A stretch of 64,000 bases of DNA from the NCBI GenBank assembly GCA_025201805.1, contig MU619237.1, positions 139,996 through 203,995 on the forward strand, in the 5' to 3' direction. A program made the translations under genes and the position numbers. The DNA comes from Parasitella parasitica NRRL 2501. Taxonomy: Eukaryota; Fungi; Mucoromycota. The notes under the pieces were generated by a model that was not told where the DNA came from, searched no databases, and was given only the letters and a program-made list of their open reading frames with translations. Position 1 is the first letter of the stretch. The number at the start of each line of letters is the position of its first letter. This document shows positions 1 through 12,787 of the stretch, piece after piece.

Positions 1-2364
1 GGCGCTGTTACTTGATGGGATGTTGCGTTCGACGTATTTTGGGCAGCATTTACCATAAGCTGGTGTCCATACTGTGTCATGTACGGATTTTGCGAGGTGT
101 AATTTTGACTGTACACGTTTTTCGCATTGTTGTTTGCATTGACAATTTCAAGGATCGAGTCTTTCAGTGCGCTCAACTGCTGCTGTTTGTGCTGATCAGT
201 CAAGAGAGATGTGGAGTCTGGTCGGGTCTGGTGTAAAAAGGCTACTTTTCTGTCGAGCGTATTCTCTTGATGTCGCTGCGTTGGAGAGGAAATGGAAGGG
301 ATGATCGTGATGGGCGAAGTGCTCTTTTGATGTTTTTTGAGAATCGACTTGAGAGGAGGAGAAGTTTTTGGTGCTTTCGTAGATGTCTGTTGAGGTGCTC
401 CTGTTGCATTGGGGGATGTTGGTCCTTTTTGCTGGAGATTTATCTGTGAGCTATTTGGCGTCAGAATATCCGGGCTGTCCTCTGTTGTGCGAGATGTGTT
501 CAACGAAGATGATGATACTGCAGCTTTTGCTAACGAGGCGCATATTATTTCAGAAGTGAGAGTTGCTGTACTCTTTGGCAATTCCTGTGTTACAGGTGGC
601 CCAGTCGAAATGCTGTGGTTAAGGGAGGGTCGCACAGCTTTTTTACCCGTAGTAGATATAATAAATGGGTGTAGTAGTGCCATCTTGGGTGTAAATCGTC
701 TATTTGGATCGAAAACCAAGATGTTCTTTAAGAAATCGTATAGGTTTTCTTTGTCTACTGTGTCTATGGAGCCCAGAGGCAATTAATATAATGGAATGGT
801 CTAATGTACATTTGCTATAGTTACCTTGATCTTTATTGTCTTCGTCGTACTCGTCATTTGATGCCAGCCCCATGATTCTTTCTCTAAGTGGAGTGCTGTT
901 TACAGCCGAGTCATGAGGTGGCTGGACTAGTGTTTTAAGCTTTATTAGGCCATTTGGGCCTCTCCTTGATTCAAAAAATCTGCTGGACTTTTTCCCTTTT
1001 TTAAGCATGTCATTTGGCGGTGCGCATCTAGATCAAAGGGTAATTGACTTTAGTTTTATCTGCATACTTTGAGAAAAAAATGTGTGTGCAACTTACTTTA
1101 AGCAGTTTACCCACATATGTACCAAAGTGGCTTCGTTCCCGCTTGGAAACAGCGGTTTTCCTGTATACAATTCGGCTACGAAACATCCAAAAGACCACAT
1201 ATCGATGGCGCAGGTAATTCCTGCTTGTAGAATAACCTCAGGTGATCGATAAAATGCTGTTTGAATGCAGTAATTTTCTTTTTCGTTTTCCATTACTGCT
1301 GATCCATAATCGACTAGCTTGACATCATGAACATCATCAAATCTACGTAGAGCCAAACTTTAATCAAGCTGCATTAACCAAATTGAAATTATCCTCACTC
1401 ACCTCTTTAGCAAAATATTGTCAGGCTTCAGATCGGTATGAATGATTTTCATGTCTTTTAGTAAAGCTAATGTTTCCAAAATGTTGAATGATATTTTCTG
1501 AATGTCCTGGATGGCCAAATTTGGTTTTCCAATTCGTTGATTTAATACCTTGTCCAAGCTGATCGATAGCAACTCAAAAACAGCGCACAGATGTCCCTTG
1601 AATGTGAAACATCGCCGCAGTTGTAGGAATCTATCTTTCTCGTTAGGTCTACGTTGAAGCTTTTCAAAAGGTGTTAATTAACTCAATTTTTGGGTTTGTT
1701 TGCTACTAATAATTAATTATCAATCTACCTGGCTTAGTATAGCAATCTCTTTTTCTCCCTGGCTAAGGTATGGGAATTGATTTTTGATGACTTTGATGGC
1801 GACAAGTTCTCCGGTTCTTATTGTTCTACACTTTACAACCTGTCCGAATGTTCCTTGACCCATGAGATCCAGTATTTCGTACCTTAATTTGGAATGTAAT
1901 AGTTAGCCTCGTTGTAAAATCATCACAAGCCAATTCGCTCATACTTTTCGATGTCGCCTAGAATGTCTTTTACTCTAAGGATGTAGTCGTCTTGGATATT
2001 GTCAAAGCCATTGTTTTTTGACGGTTCTCGCGGATGTGTGAGGGTCCTTCTGGGTACATGTAACAAAGTTGATTTAAATGCTGGATTTATGGATTCAATA
2101 ACTTGGTGATATTGTAAAGTTGCTCTTTTTAATACGCTGTAACAAGGCGCAAATCTAGATCGAGGAGTTGTTTGTTTGTTCATAGTACGGTATCGGACAA
2201 ATCCTCTGCGTGTAACTGATAAACGACCACTACTAGCTGATTTTAGAAATACCGATTAATGACCATACTCAAGAGCTTTTATGTACAATTTTTTTTATTC
2301 AACCTGGTATTATCGATTCATGGACAACCTCTAATGCATTGATGAATGAATCTGAATTGTGCAT
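1..2364 (-). CDS. YAK1: Yak1/DYRK-family protein kinase, divergent paralog; multi-exon, 3' end beyond left edge of window
   Basis: Spliced translation gives the Yak1 N-terminal motif PRRTLTHPREPSKNNGFDNIQDDYIL, then MGQGTFGQV, VAIKVIKN, HTDLKPDNILL, DYGSA, FYRSPEVIL, IDMWSFGC and FDPNRRFTPKMALLHPF. An in-frame upstream exon starts at ATG 2364 across a GT-AG intron. Confidence 0.85.
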
Positions 2365-2567
2365 TTCAAATCAAAAGCTTTATTTGATAGATTGAACAAT
2401 AGTAAAATTCAGGTACCGGATGGGAACAAAAAAGGAAAGAAGAAAAAGCGAAGAAAAGAGCATAGTTTATAACATGATTACATTTGTTATTTTATAGTAT
2501 CCAAAAAAGGTACAGAGGAAATTATTTAGTGAATAATGAGAAAAAAAAAAAAGAAAAAAAAGGAAGA

Positions 2568-3425
2568 TTAACGCAAATCTTCAGAATCTATGCCCTTTTT
2601 AATCTTTAATAACATTGCAGTTTTCCACGGATCTAATCTTGTTAGTTTGTCGTAATCTGCAACCCGTTGAGTAAAGACATCGACATCTCCTTGATTTATA
2701 CATTCAACTATGTCTTTTAATAACGCACACTCACGAGAGGATTCAAATGACATGTCCATGTTGCAATAATTTGCAAGTGCCTTCTCTGTTTTGACCACAT
2801 CATTAGTGCACAAATGACATAAACCAGCTCTGAACCAATATTCTTTCAAGGACCATTTCAATAGCGGGTCATCAATCGATGCTGTTGCAACCTGTTCGTA
2901 TTTTTCCAAGGCAACATCGTACATTTCCAAATTGGCTGCAATTTCAGCTACTTTGAGCAGGCACTTGTTAGAAAGACTACAATAAACCATATTAGACTTC
3001 ACTTTGTACCACTATATTTATAATGATAAATTACGCGGGCGAGTCGTCAGCGTTATAAAGTTCTGCTGCTTTTGCATATGCTTCATAAGCTTCCTTAGGG
3101 CGCTCAAGTTTAGTTTCGCACAATTCTGCAATGTCTTGATTGTGTCTCGCAGCTGCTCTAAAGTTACCTCCTTCTTGATCGAGCACAATAGCTTCTCTCA
3201 AAGCATTCACAGCAGCTAAAGCGTATAATAAGTATGCTTCATCTACCTCAGTACCGATACAATCTCGTTCATACCTGCAGGGTCGCTCTTCTTGTAGCTT
3301 TTAGCAGCATTATCGTATGCTCTAGATCCTTCAAATTTAGCACAGTTACCACGTTGAAATAGCTTAGCTGCTTCGATAAATGCTTCACCAGCGTTTTCCC
3401 CTATTTTTTTTTTTTTTTTTTTTTT

Positions 3426-3465
<40 letters not shown>

Positions 3466-3617
3466 TTACATTGTTGAGCGAGCTTGAACATATTTCCGGC
3501 CTTTTCATAAAGCTCTGCTGCGTCTTCGTATTTGTTAGACGGGCCAAAAAAAGACCAAGAATTGAGCTTCTTTTGTGCTTGATCGATTAAGTCTCTGGCT
3601 TGTTTTTCAGATGACAT
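2568..3617 (-). CDS. SEC17: Alpha-SNAP vesicle fusion protein Sec17; multi-exon
   Basis: KYEDAAELYEKAGNMFKLAQQW, NKCLLKVA, LLKWSLKEYWFRAGLCHL and YDKLTRLDPWKTAMLLKIK are characteristic alpha-SNAP segments; GT-AG introns restore the frame. Confidence 0.95.
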
Positions 3618-4685
3618 GATTTAATAGTTGAAACAGTAAAAAAAAAAGAGAAGAGATGTATCTGTTATTTCACACAAACAAAACAGCAAAAGATGCAAAT
3701 CCGCACATTGTTCGTGACTGGGCGAAACCATGAACGAGGAAAAGAAGTGGTACAGTGATTTGCGTAAATCAATACTTCTTGTTGTGATATATATTTATAG
3801 CTCATCCATAATGCGACACTTTGGAAATCGTTTTTTTTTTTTTTTTTTTTTTGATAGATTCAACTTTCGCAGCGTTTCGCGATAAATGCTTTTGCTGCTT
3901 CTTGTATTCAATTAGCAATCATTTTGTTCTTCGCAAGCGATGGTTATTTTTTTTTTTTTACTCTTGACCTGCATTTCTTAATAGGATTTGACATGTATAA
4001 ATTAGAGAGTAAAAACTAAGCATTATGCCCACTATCATCAATTGCTTTCAGGACTTTTAGTGTTTTGTAAATGGCAGCACTGTTATGAATAATTCTCTTA
4101 TCTTCAAATTTTTGTTTTCATTTTTTCTCTACCTTCAAGGCTCAACTCCTCATGGTATGCCATATATTGAAATCGTGTTGTGCTATTTTTTTAACATTAT
4201 GCCTAAAGCTTTACTCAAAAATCATTTAATCAAAAGTCAAATAGGTCTTATAAGCGATCTATTCGTACATCATACGAGGGTGTCGCTAATTGATTAAAAT
4301 AAATGGACAAGTGGATAGTTAGACTGTAGAGAGTATCTTCAAATAATGCATGGTGATACACACATCAAATGTGCAACAATCATTTACTGAAATCCTTACG
4401 TCAATGTCATACTATTTCACAAAAAAACAAGCCGTATAAATATAATATAATATAGCTAATACAGTAGTTACTTATCTTGGCTACTTTGCTACAGCAACCG
4501 TTCCTAGATCGGATCTAATGTTTAATGTCGGTGTAAAAATAGAAGAGTTAATCATAAAATAGCAAGTGTAAGAAACCATCTCCTCTATCTTGGTTTTCCT
4601 GCTTATGCTGAGCTTATCAAGATGACCCAAACATCCAGAATGATTAGACGATTAAAAACAAATAGGCCCTGTTATATTAATAACG

Positions 4686-5362
4686 CTAAAAAATAACTGG
4701 TTTTGCATATAACTTTGGATAGACACATCGCCCAGTGGAAAGCAAGCTATGCTCATCGTATAGTGATAATCATGCCTATTCTTATAGCGCATAATACAAT
4801 GTTTATTTTGCTCTGTATCGAATACTGTCAGCGATTATACGCAATTTTGATATGTAAATTTGTGATATCAACTGATAACTTTATGGATGTCGATAAAAAC
4901 ATGAATGCCAATGCTGTCTCCAGATAACGTCAAGTCAACGCTAAGCTTTCCAAGTTAGATCTCGGTTCTACGGTCATTTTAGCAGAATTTATGAGCAAAT
5001 ATCTGATATTTATGATAAATATTGAAAAATAAAAGTATTTTTGCAGATAACTTTTGATAGAGACATTGCCCAGTGGACACCAAGTTATGCTCAGATAGCG
5101 ATGATCATGTCTGTTCTTATGGCGCATAAGACAGTGTTTATTTTGCTGTCTATGGAAAAGCCTATGATCGATTATATGTAATTCTGATATGTAAATTTGT
5201 GATATCATTTGATAACTTTATAGATATCGATGAAAACATAGATACCAATGTTGTTTCCAGATAGCGCCAAGTCAACGCTAAGCTTTCCAAGTTAGGTCTC
5301 GGTCTTACGATAACTTTAGCAGAAGAAGTAGTTATAGTGAGCAAATATCTGATATTTATGAT
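4686..5362. repeat. Two tandem copies of a ~337-340 bp repeat unit (locus A)
   Basis: Units start TTTTGCA.ATAACTTT at 4701 and 5039 and share GCCCAGTGGA, CAAGTCAACGCTAAGCTTTCCAAGTTAG and GAGCAAATATCTGATATTTATGAT. Confidence 0.9.
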
Positions 5363-7329
5363 TGTTGTTGATCTGCCATAATTTAAGACTTAGGATATCA
5401 TAATAATGTACTTCAATTGAAGATTGGTAATTGTCTAATAGTGTGTTATACTTGTCGAAACAGGGGAATAAAGTCTCACTGTTTTCAAATCAAGAAGGTT
5501 TTCTGTAACACAGACCTATAGTATTACTGATAAACATAAAGGTACTGGCAGATCAAAAAAGATGATTAGACTTGTATTATAACAATACATTGTATCCTGT
5601 CAAGGACACTTGTTACTGTGCAATCGGTATAGAATGTTATATAAATTCTACACTAAAAAATTAAAACAAAAAAACAACAATAAATGTCAACTTGATAAAG
5701 GTATAGGTTTTGTTATTAAATTGTCAGGTAGTGTATAAAACTCCAGTTCATCTACTAGCCAGGTAGATAAACCTTTATATACTTAAGCTATAGATGAATT
5801 TTCTAATATCATAATTTAACGTATACAACAATTCTGATTAATTAGCATTTTAAATTTCGTGCTAAACGACATCTTTACAAACTAAAAAAATAACTTAGAC
5901 CTATCTAAGTCAGTGGATAGATTTTACGTGAGATATCTTGATCAATCTTCCATACGAAGATTATTAATATCAATCTATAAGCGTATATCATTTCTGGTAT
6001 AGACTTATATAGTCTATATTAATAGTACATGATGTCTGAGTATCTATCACTTGGTAAATTCATCTTTTTAGCAGATATTTGTATACGCAGCATGTCTATA
6101 GCATTTTGTGAGCATATCTCTAGCATTGCACATATTTTACAACTCTATAGTACATAGTGTATCTGTAGCTAGTATCATGGATAAGTATATGTCTCGTAGT
6201 GCGTATCTGGAAACTGGTAATACACATCTTAAACATAGATCTTGTAAGACATAATAAGCTCGTAGTGCATACTAGATTTAATAAACGTCTAAGTCTTGTG
6301 TCGAGATGTAAGTATAAGTCTATAGCATTATCCATCACGATGGTGCCATCTCTAGGCTATTTCCTATATAGTATAAATCTGCATTGTACATCTTATTAAC
6401 AGTACACATATGTAGTCTATATCAATATAAGATAACTGGATAAATATAGAAGTGGAATGCAGATCATTATAGATTGAATGTATTTCGCAGGTACAACAGG
6501 TGCTTATACGTATTTAATTTTAGAAAATTTGTGTGTTTTTTGACAGATAATAAGTAATGTCAAAAACATGATCTAGTTGTATTCAAATTGGGGTTTGTAG
6601 ATTTAACCGATATAGAAGCCTCCACCATCAATAATCAATAAAATGTTTAGTTTTGTTCATAATAACACATTTATATGACAGCTTCAGGTTGGCAGCTTTT
6701 TTCATGCAAATGGCAATATTGGCTTAAAATTTTATTGACTTTTTGACATTTAACTAAAAACTCGTAGCTTGATTCTCTTTTTAAGCCCTGAAACTGCAAA
6801 ATAAGTACCTAATTAAGGAGTGTGTGATGTATGCTTTACTTAATACCCCTATGAAGGCACTATAAAATACATTACTGAGTGAAAACCATGATTTTTAATC
6901 ATCAATTTACATAAATTATCTCAAATCCGGTCTCAAAACGAAGTTTTTGTATGGTTTATATTAGTCAAAAATATTCCATTCAATTTAATTTGGATATACC
7001 ATTGCAGTGTTAGGTATTATTATACGATACATGGACTTTTAGACGAAATAAGCAATCTCCTGCAAGCTTTATTGCTTGAGAATTTTACTATTGGAAACAT
7101 AAAGTGATATTTCAAAAACTTACTTGATTTTACAATGTTTGCTATTCAAATAATATTCTTTAGAGATATGAACGAAAAAATCAAATAAATCTGATAACTT
7201 TTTTAAGGTCAAATTAGCTTATGACAACTCTACATTTTATTTTCAATGAAAGCTTAATAAATATACGCTGCTATAGCGTGTATATCATAAAATTTAGAGC
7301 ACTTCAAAGTATTGTTTATTTCCGTAAGT

Positions 7330-9250
7330 AGTCTGCTTGTCGAAGAAAGTTGTGGTATACGATAATTAAATAATAAAGGGCTTCGACATACGAAAAGTAA
7401 TGGATTAACAACGAACATCGGACAGGAAATCAATACTACATTAAATCATCAATTCCAATAGCCCGTTCCAAGTCTCGAAATAATATGAATCTGAAATTCA
7501 GATTTGAGCTGTCGACAGGATAATGAATGCCTCATGAAGAGGATCCTGCAGAATGAAAAATAATAATAAGATGCTCAAGTGTTCCATAAAACGTCTGAGG
7601 CGGCACCAACCATCAAAAATAGCGGACCAGAGCTGTAGATTTCGACATGAATTTTGTTATTAAACTACTTCCACTCATCTGAAAATACTGAAGCCATTGC
7701 TAGCCCATTTTCAAAAGCATTCAAACCTTTCCATTCATACCCAATTTTTGTAAAAAGAAAAGTTAATAATCTTTATTAGTCTTTGTTTTTGTATAATGGT
7801 GCTCTGCATGAAATAATCTTCAAGATGATAGGAATCAATGCCCCTCATATCACCTTAACGGAGCAAACCACATGTATTCACATGTGGTATACACTCGAAT
7901 GGTCTTAAACCAATTTGCAAATGCCAATAATGAAATCCAAGGAAATGACATGGAATTTGAAGCATAAAGGAAAAGTAACATGCTATAAAACTGTGCACGG
8001 TACACTTGGAATAAAAACGTCCATTGCCTTTAGAATCCAGTGTAAAGCTGCGTCTACTTTACACTCCTTTTTACCTGCTGGTCTCACTTTAGTTGATATG
8101 ATGTGAAAATAAAAACTTATTATATTTTTCGTATGCAAATGCATCAATTACCAACTACGAGTCGTCAAAAGTCATTTGGCACAATTTTGATAAATCAGCC
8201 ATATAAATGTTATAAACCAGGTCATCCAAGCTGTGTATGTGCTACATTGGAAACACTTTTGCTTTTATTGTACAGTAAGATGATTACAAAAAAACTGTGT
8301 GTAACTAATATATAAATTCAGTAGTATCCTACAATGGCTTGGTTTTGGAATAAACAATAACATGTTGGTTATTATGGTAAATATGCATATATCGATTTTC
8401 CTCCAATTTTTGGGGCGGTCATGACAACATGACATACATAAATAGATATTGCTGCGTACATAGTACGTATACATGTGCATTTTTTGTGACATGATAATAA
8501 AGACCACTCATATATACACATTGCATTGTTGTATACATTCGGGCCAACCGAAAACTTAAATTGGTTTGTACATACATGAATGCACCTGCATACATTTTCT
8601 GTTGCGTCGAAAGAAACATCGATACTTTGCCAAGAAACAAGGAATTTCAAATTTTGCTGTCATCTGTTTAGGGGGCTCATCATTCATTGAATGGGGCGAG
8701 TTTATTGCTGTCAGGGTCGAGACGAGATCAGATACCAGACATCACTGTCAATCGCTGAGACTGAAATATCGGATCAAACAAGTTTGTGAAATTAGGAGAC
8801 ATCCGTGGTCTATCGGAACGTAGGGTCTTGCTAAATCTTTCATCGTAAAGACTATTAAGAATAAAAAGTTGACATAGAGATATAGCCGTTCAATATATCA
8901 TCAAGCACCATAGCTTAACAAGGTGAAGCCGTTGTTTATACGACATTAGCCTAGTACATTGCTGATTTTTGCTGAGATGAAAGTAGAAGAAATCATTAAT
9001 GCAAATAATCTTTCTCCTTCTTTGTATTGTCGATATTCGCCTTGTATAGTGTAAGCTATCGGAATTTTTAATAACTCAAGGATCTAGTGGCGCTCCTGGC
9101 ATCTATAATAAGGAACCAATGGCACATAATGTAAATATACAGTTCAGGTGATAGAAGATTAGATAGTGAGTCAACCACGAAGAATGATCTTGACCCATCA
9201 ATGTAAATATAGAATTTTACCACATGACTCCATTAAGAATATTATAGATG
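7330..9250 (+). mobile_element. Possible heavily decayed DNA-transposon ORF (CACTA/CMC-like), stop- and frameshift-riddled
   Basis: Only scattered short ORF fragments. There is a broken C2H2-like segment near 7335-7390 and fragments loosely resembling Mucorales CMC transposase motifs near 8820-9130. No termini found. Confidence 0.25.
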
Positions 9251-11534
9251 GTACGATTATTGACTTTAGGCTATAAATCCTTTATTCTTCAGCCCTCTTG
9301 GAATTAACTTATTAGATCCGAAAATCGGTAAAAGCTTAATATGTGAATTAGTCTACAGTGCATGTGTGAGATCATGTCAGCGGTTATTTATGTAAATTGG
9401 CAATTAAGCTCCAGAGAATGAAGCGCAGATCATCCGCATATGCAATATAATCCCGAATATTTAGATTTAGGTCAAAAACTGGGAATAAAGTTGGATTACA
9501 AAGTTCAACATCTAGTTTTTGAGTAAGCATATGTACGGTTGTACATTGAACAACAAGACAGCATTTTATAGAACATATTTTTGCTTTTATTATATTGCAT
9601 ATGATGTATATTCATTCACAACATTTGCTGCTGCTTTTTTTTTTTTTTTTTTTTCGGATATCCGACATATCTAGTATATAAACGGTATGAGCCCTAATGG
9701 TATTTGACTGGAACTAGAGAATATGTATCAGCACATGTAACGATAAGGTCATATAGGTCTGCCGCATACAAGCACATTGAGGTTGAGTATATTGTTTTGT
9801 ATATACATTTATGTGCTACAAGCTATTTTTCATTGTCACCCCCAGATGATATACTCGTGCAATATATATTGGCAATCTTTTGCTGAATAACATCGAAATA
9901 GTGTATCTTTGTAGTGAATATATCGCATAGTTATAAATGAATCCAGCCAAATATATGAATTGGATGCAGATGCGAGTCATATGGTGTTAATATAAATCTC
10001 ATTATATTACAATGAATCCCGTTGAAAGCATTCACAGCATGGATGAAAGAAAAAAAATAGAATCTAGAATGTATTAAAAACAACCGGGATCAATGTGATC
10101 ATCTGGAAAATTATAGATACAACAAGAAAGAGTCCACGTTATAGCGATTTTCATACTTGAGTGAAACAAGATATTTTGGGGGAACAGGGGCAGGGGCTAT
10201 TTTGGCTTGATGTCAACTGATCAAAGTTGTCAATTGTGGCATCAAATTAATCAAGCGTATTCTGCATAATGATTCCAAAGTATGTAAGTAGATATCAGAG
10301 CAAATATGGTTTATTATAGCTGAGGACTATGGGATTTGCAGCAGTTTTCCATTGTTATGATCTGTGCGATCATTTTGGAGGACCATGTCCTGAAGCGTAG
10401 GCGCGGATATCGCGGGGGTGGCACTTAATCGTTATATGTGAAGACGTCGAGTGGCTACGCGCAGATGACGAGTGTAAATATAGAACGGAACAAGCAGAAT
10501 CACAGCGAATAGACCACCAAACAAGAACGTTTTGTTTTTGTAAACAAAAACAATCAAACCAGGAACATTTGATAGGTTCCTGTGTGTTAATTGCTTGGGC
10601 CACCTAGAAGCATGTGTGATACTAGAAAGGAATATTGCCAAGTTGAATCAACATGCACCGTGTATAATCTACGTTACAAACATAGAATCTGCATAGCCAC
10701 ATTGTCACGTATACAATAACTCTTTCTACTTTACATCAGCAAGGAGGGCTATTGCCATTATTACGGCTGCATGACCAACACAAGGCCTCTTAGTCTTTGA
10801 GCCAAAATGCAGGTGCTGGCGTCGGCACCTCATAACCTTCTCTATTGATCACTTGAAGACGGAGCAAGAGAAATGGGGGTCATTCTACGTTGAGCTCATC
10901 AATGAACAACTATTTTTATTCATGTATGAATGACTCAAATGGTGTGAAAAAGGGCCTGTACATAAAATACAAGATGGTGATCAATAATGGAATGAAAACA
11001 TGCAGGATTAGCTAATAAGTGAATCCGAGACTTAGAGTTGGCTAGGCTCACATCAGGAGAATTTCCATACTATACTCCTAGCTCGATTGAACCCTTGCAA
11101 AGTTTACATAACATGTAATACATCTACAAGTCGAGGTTCTTTGTATCATTGCGGCATTGTTGTTGTGAAAATACCAAAGGCAGTATATGCGCATTGTGTC
11201 AAAATTAGCAGTACAAAATCGGCCAGCTTTTTCTATGCATATTTCGAGAAGCACTGTCTCTCTAAATCCATGATACGATGGGATAATATGAATTGAGAGA
11301 TTTGTAAAGGGAAACCCACGGACACCTGAGAAGAATCGCCATGAAAACTTTTGGGGTGTTTTGGGGGGGGGGGGTTCAATGCGTCCATTTTAATGGTTGA
11401 TTTAAGGAGTAAAGCATGAAAACAGAGTTTCCAAGCAGTTGCGCTGTATATTAATTTGGGAATGATTGCTGGCGCCCTGGAGATCGTCTGCCCTATCAGA
11501 TTTTTGGCAAACCATACAGAGCCAAAAAATTTAA

Positions 11535-11546
11535 AGTATATAAAGG
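11535..11546 (+). promoter_or_regulatory. Putative TATA box of the WWE-like gene
   Basis: GTATATAAAGG about 90 bp upstream of ATG 11627, followed by a CT-rich tract. Confidence 0.5.
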
Positions 11547-11626
11547 CCCAATGTCGATCGTATCATTTCAACATTTATCCCTTCTCTCTCTCTTATTCTT
11601 ATACAGCAACAGCTCAATCTTTCACA

Positions 11627-12787
11627 ATGAAGATAAAACAACAAAAAAACACATCTTGCTCAGTCAATCCTTATGACAGAAATATCACCATCTGGGGATT
11701 CATGCTAGAGAACACTTTGTTCACCCCATTCCAGCAGCATAACCATGTCATTATAGAAAACGCTTGGAAAGATCGAAAGAAGAAGAGCTCAAGCACCTAC
11801 GTCGATATTAACGACAATAATTTACCAAGCCCTCACTCAGCAAGAGTCTACTTTGGAGTTGCTCAGATGCATCTTCGTATGCCAGGAACTCGCTACTATG
11901 TAAAGCGTGGAAACCCAAGAGACTTGGCAACGACTATTTCTCCAAGCTCAAAGTCATCTTATCATTTGACACCTCCTAGTATGCCATCGCCAATGTCGAC
12001 TGCTTCCACGACAACTACATCAACGGCTGTCACCGCCAGCACCAGCACCAGCACCAGCACCAGTGCTAGCTCAAATTATTTACCTCCTGTAATGGACGTC
12101 AACTTGGCCAACATCTTCCCTAACATGGTGCTTAAAGGGCAAAACAGTAATGCATTTTCGTACAGCCCCAATTCGTACGATCAGTACTACGCTCCAATTG
12201 ATAATAGAATTAATAGAAATGGAGCCAACAATGGATATGCTACAACAGTGGACAACTATTTGGCTATCCCTACAAAGAACAATGGAAACTTGAACCAAAC
12301 CAAGCAGAATCCTCAAACATACATAGATGCTTCTTTGAATACCAATAATTACTACAATGGTATGAATGTCAACCAAGCAAGCTATATGGGTCAGCATATG
12401 CATTATGTGGATAATACTCAATATAAGAAGCAGCAGACCCAGAAGCAACAACAACAACAACAACAACCACAACAACAACAGCAGCAGAAGCAGCAAAAGC
12501 AGCAGCAACAGCCCATTATCCCAATGAGCTCCATTTTAGACTACACTTTACCTGGATCCATTGTTAATGATACCTCAGACTATCTCCAAGACATAGATTG
12601 GTTGAATGATGATTCACTATATACTCCACCCTCTAGTTTTAACAGTAATATCTCGTTTCAAGAATTGGTCTCATGGCCTTGCGTTAGTTCGTCATTAATA
12701 CCCAAGTTTGATAATGGCGATAATGGAAACATCAAGATTAACATGACGAACGATTATTACCAAGACAATCACTTTACGTATTTATAA
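11627..12787 (+). CDS. Intronless uncharacterised protein (386 aa): N-terminal WWE-like domain, then S/T-rich, N/Y-rich and polyQ low-complexity regions
   Basis: Long clean ORF with ATG in TCACAATG context. The N-terminal block is WGFMLENTLFTPFQQHNHVIIENAW...ARVYFGVAQMHLRMPGTRYYVKR. The upstream TTG start in the ORF track is unlikely. Confidence 0.8.
   Translation: MKIKQQKNTSCSVNPYDRNITIWGFMLENTLFTPFQQHNHVIIENAWKDRKKKSSSTYVDINDNNLPSPHSARVYFGVAQMHLRMPGTRYYVKRGNPRDLATTISPSSKSSYHLTPPSMPSPMSTASTTTTSTAVTASTSTSTSTSASSNYLPPVMDVNLANIFPNMVLKGQNSNAFSYSPNSYDQYYAPIDNRINRNGANNGYATTVDNYLAIPTKNNGNLNQTKQNPQTYIDASLNTNNYYNGMNVNQASYMGQHMHYVDNTQYKKQQTQKQQQQQQQPQQQQQQKQQKQQQQPIIPMSSILDYTLPGSIVNDTSDYLQDIDWLNDDSLYTPPSSFNSNISFQELVSWPCVSSSLIPKFDNGDNGNIKINMTNDYYQDNHFTYL

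Noticed and set aside
3243-3617. Poly-Lys segment in the SEC17 ORF-track translation as real protein
   Set aside because: It is an unspliced poly(A) intron; splicing restores the conserved Trp.
4686-5362. Repeat arrays as CRISPR-like
   Set aside because: Units are ~337 bp with no unique spacers, no cas genes and a eukaryotic context.
11405-11419. 15-mer AGGAGTAAAGCATGA shared with ~44164
   Set aside because: The match does not extend, and a few such matches are expected in 64 kb of AT-rich DNA.
12080-12508. Antisense poly-Leu/Ala-Val ORFs (also 24660-24998 and 36102-36477)
   Set aside because: They are shadows of CAG/CAA and AGT/AGC coding repeats on the sense strand.
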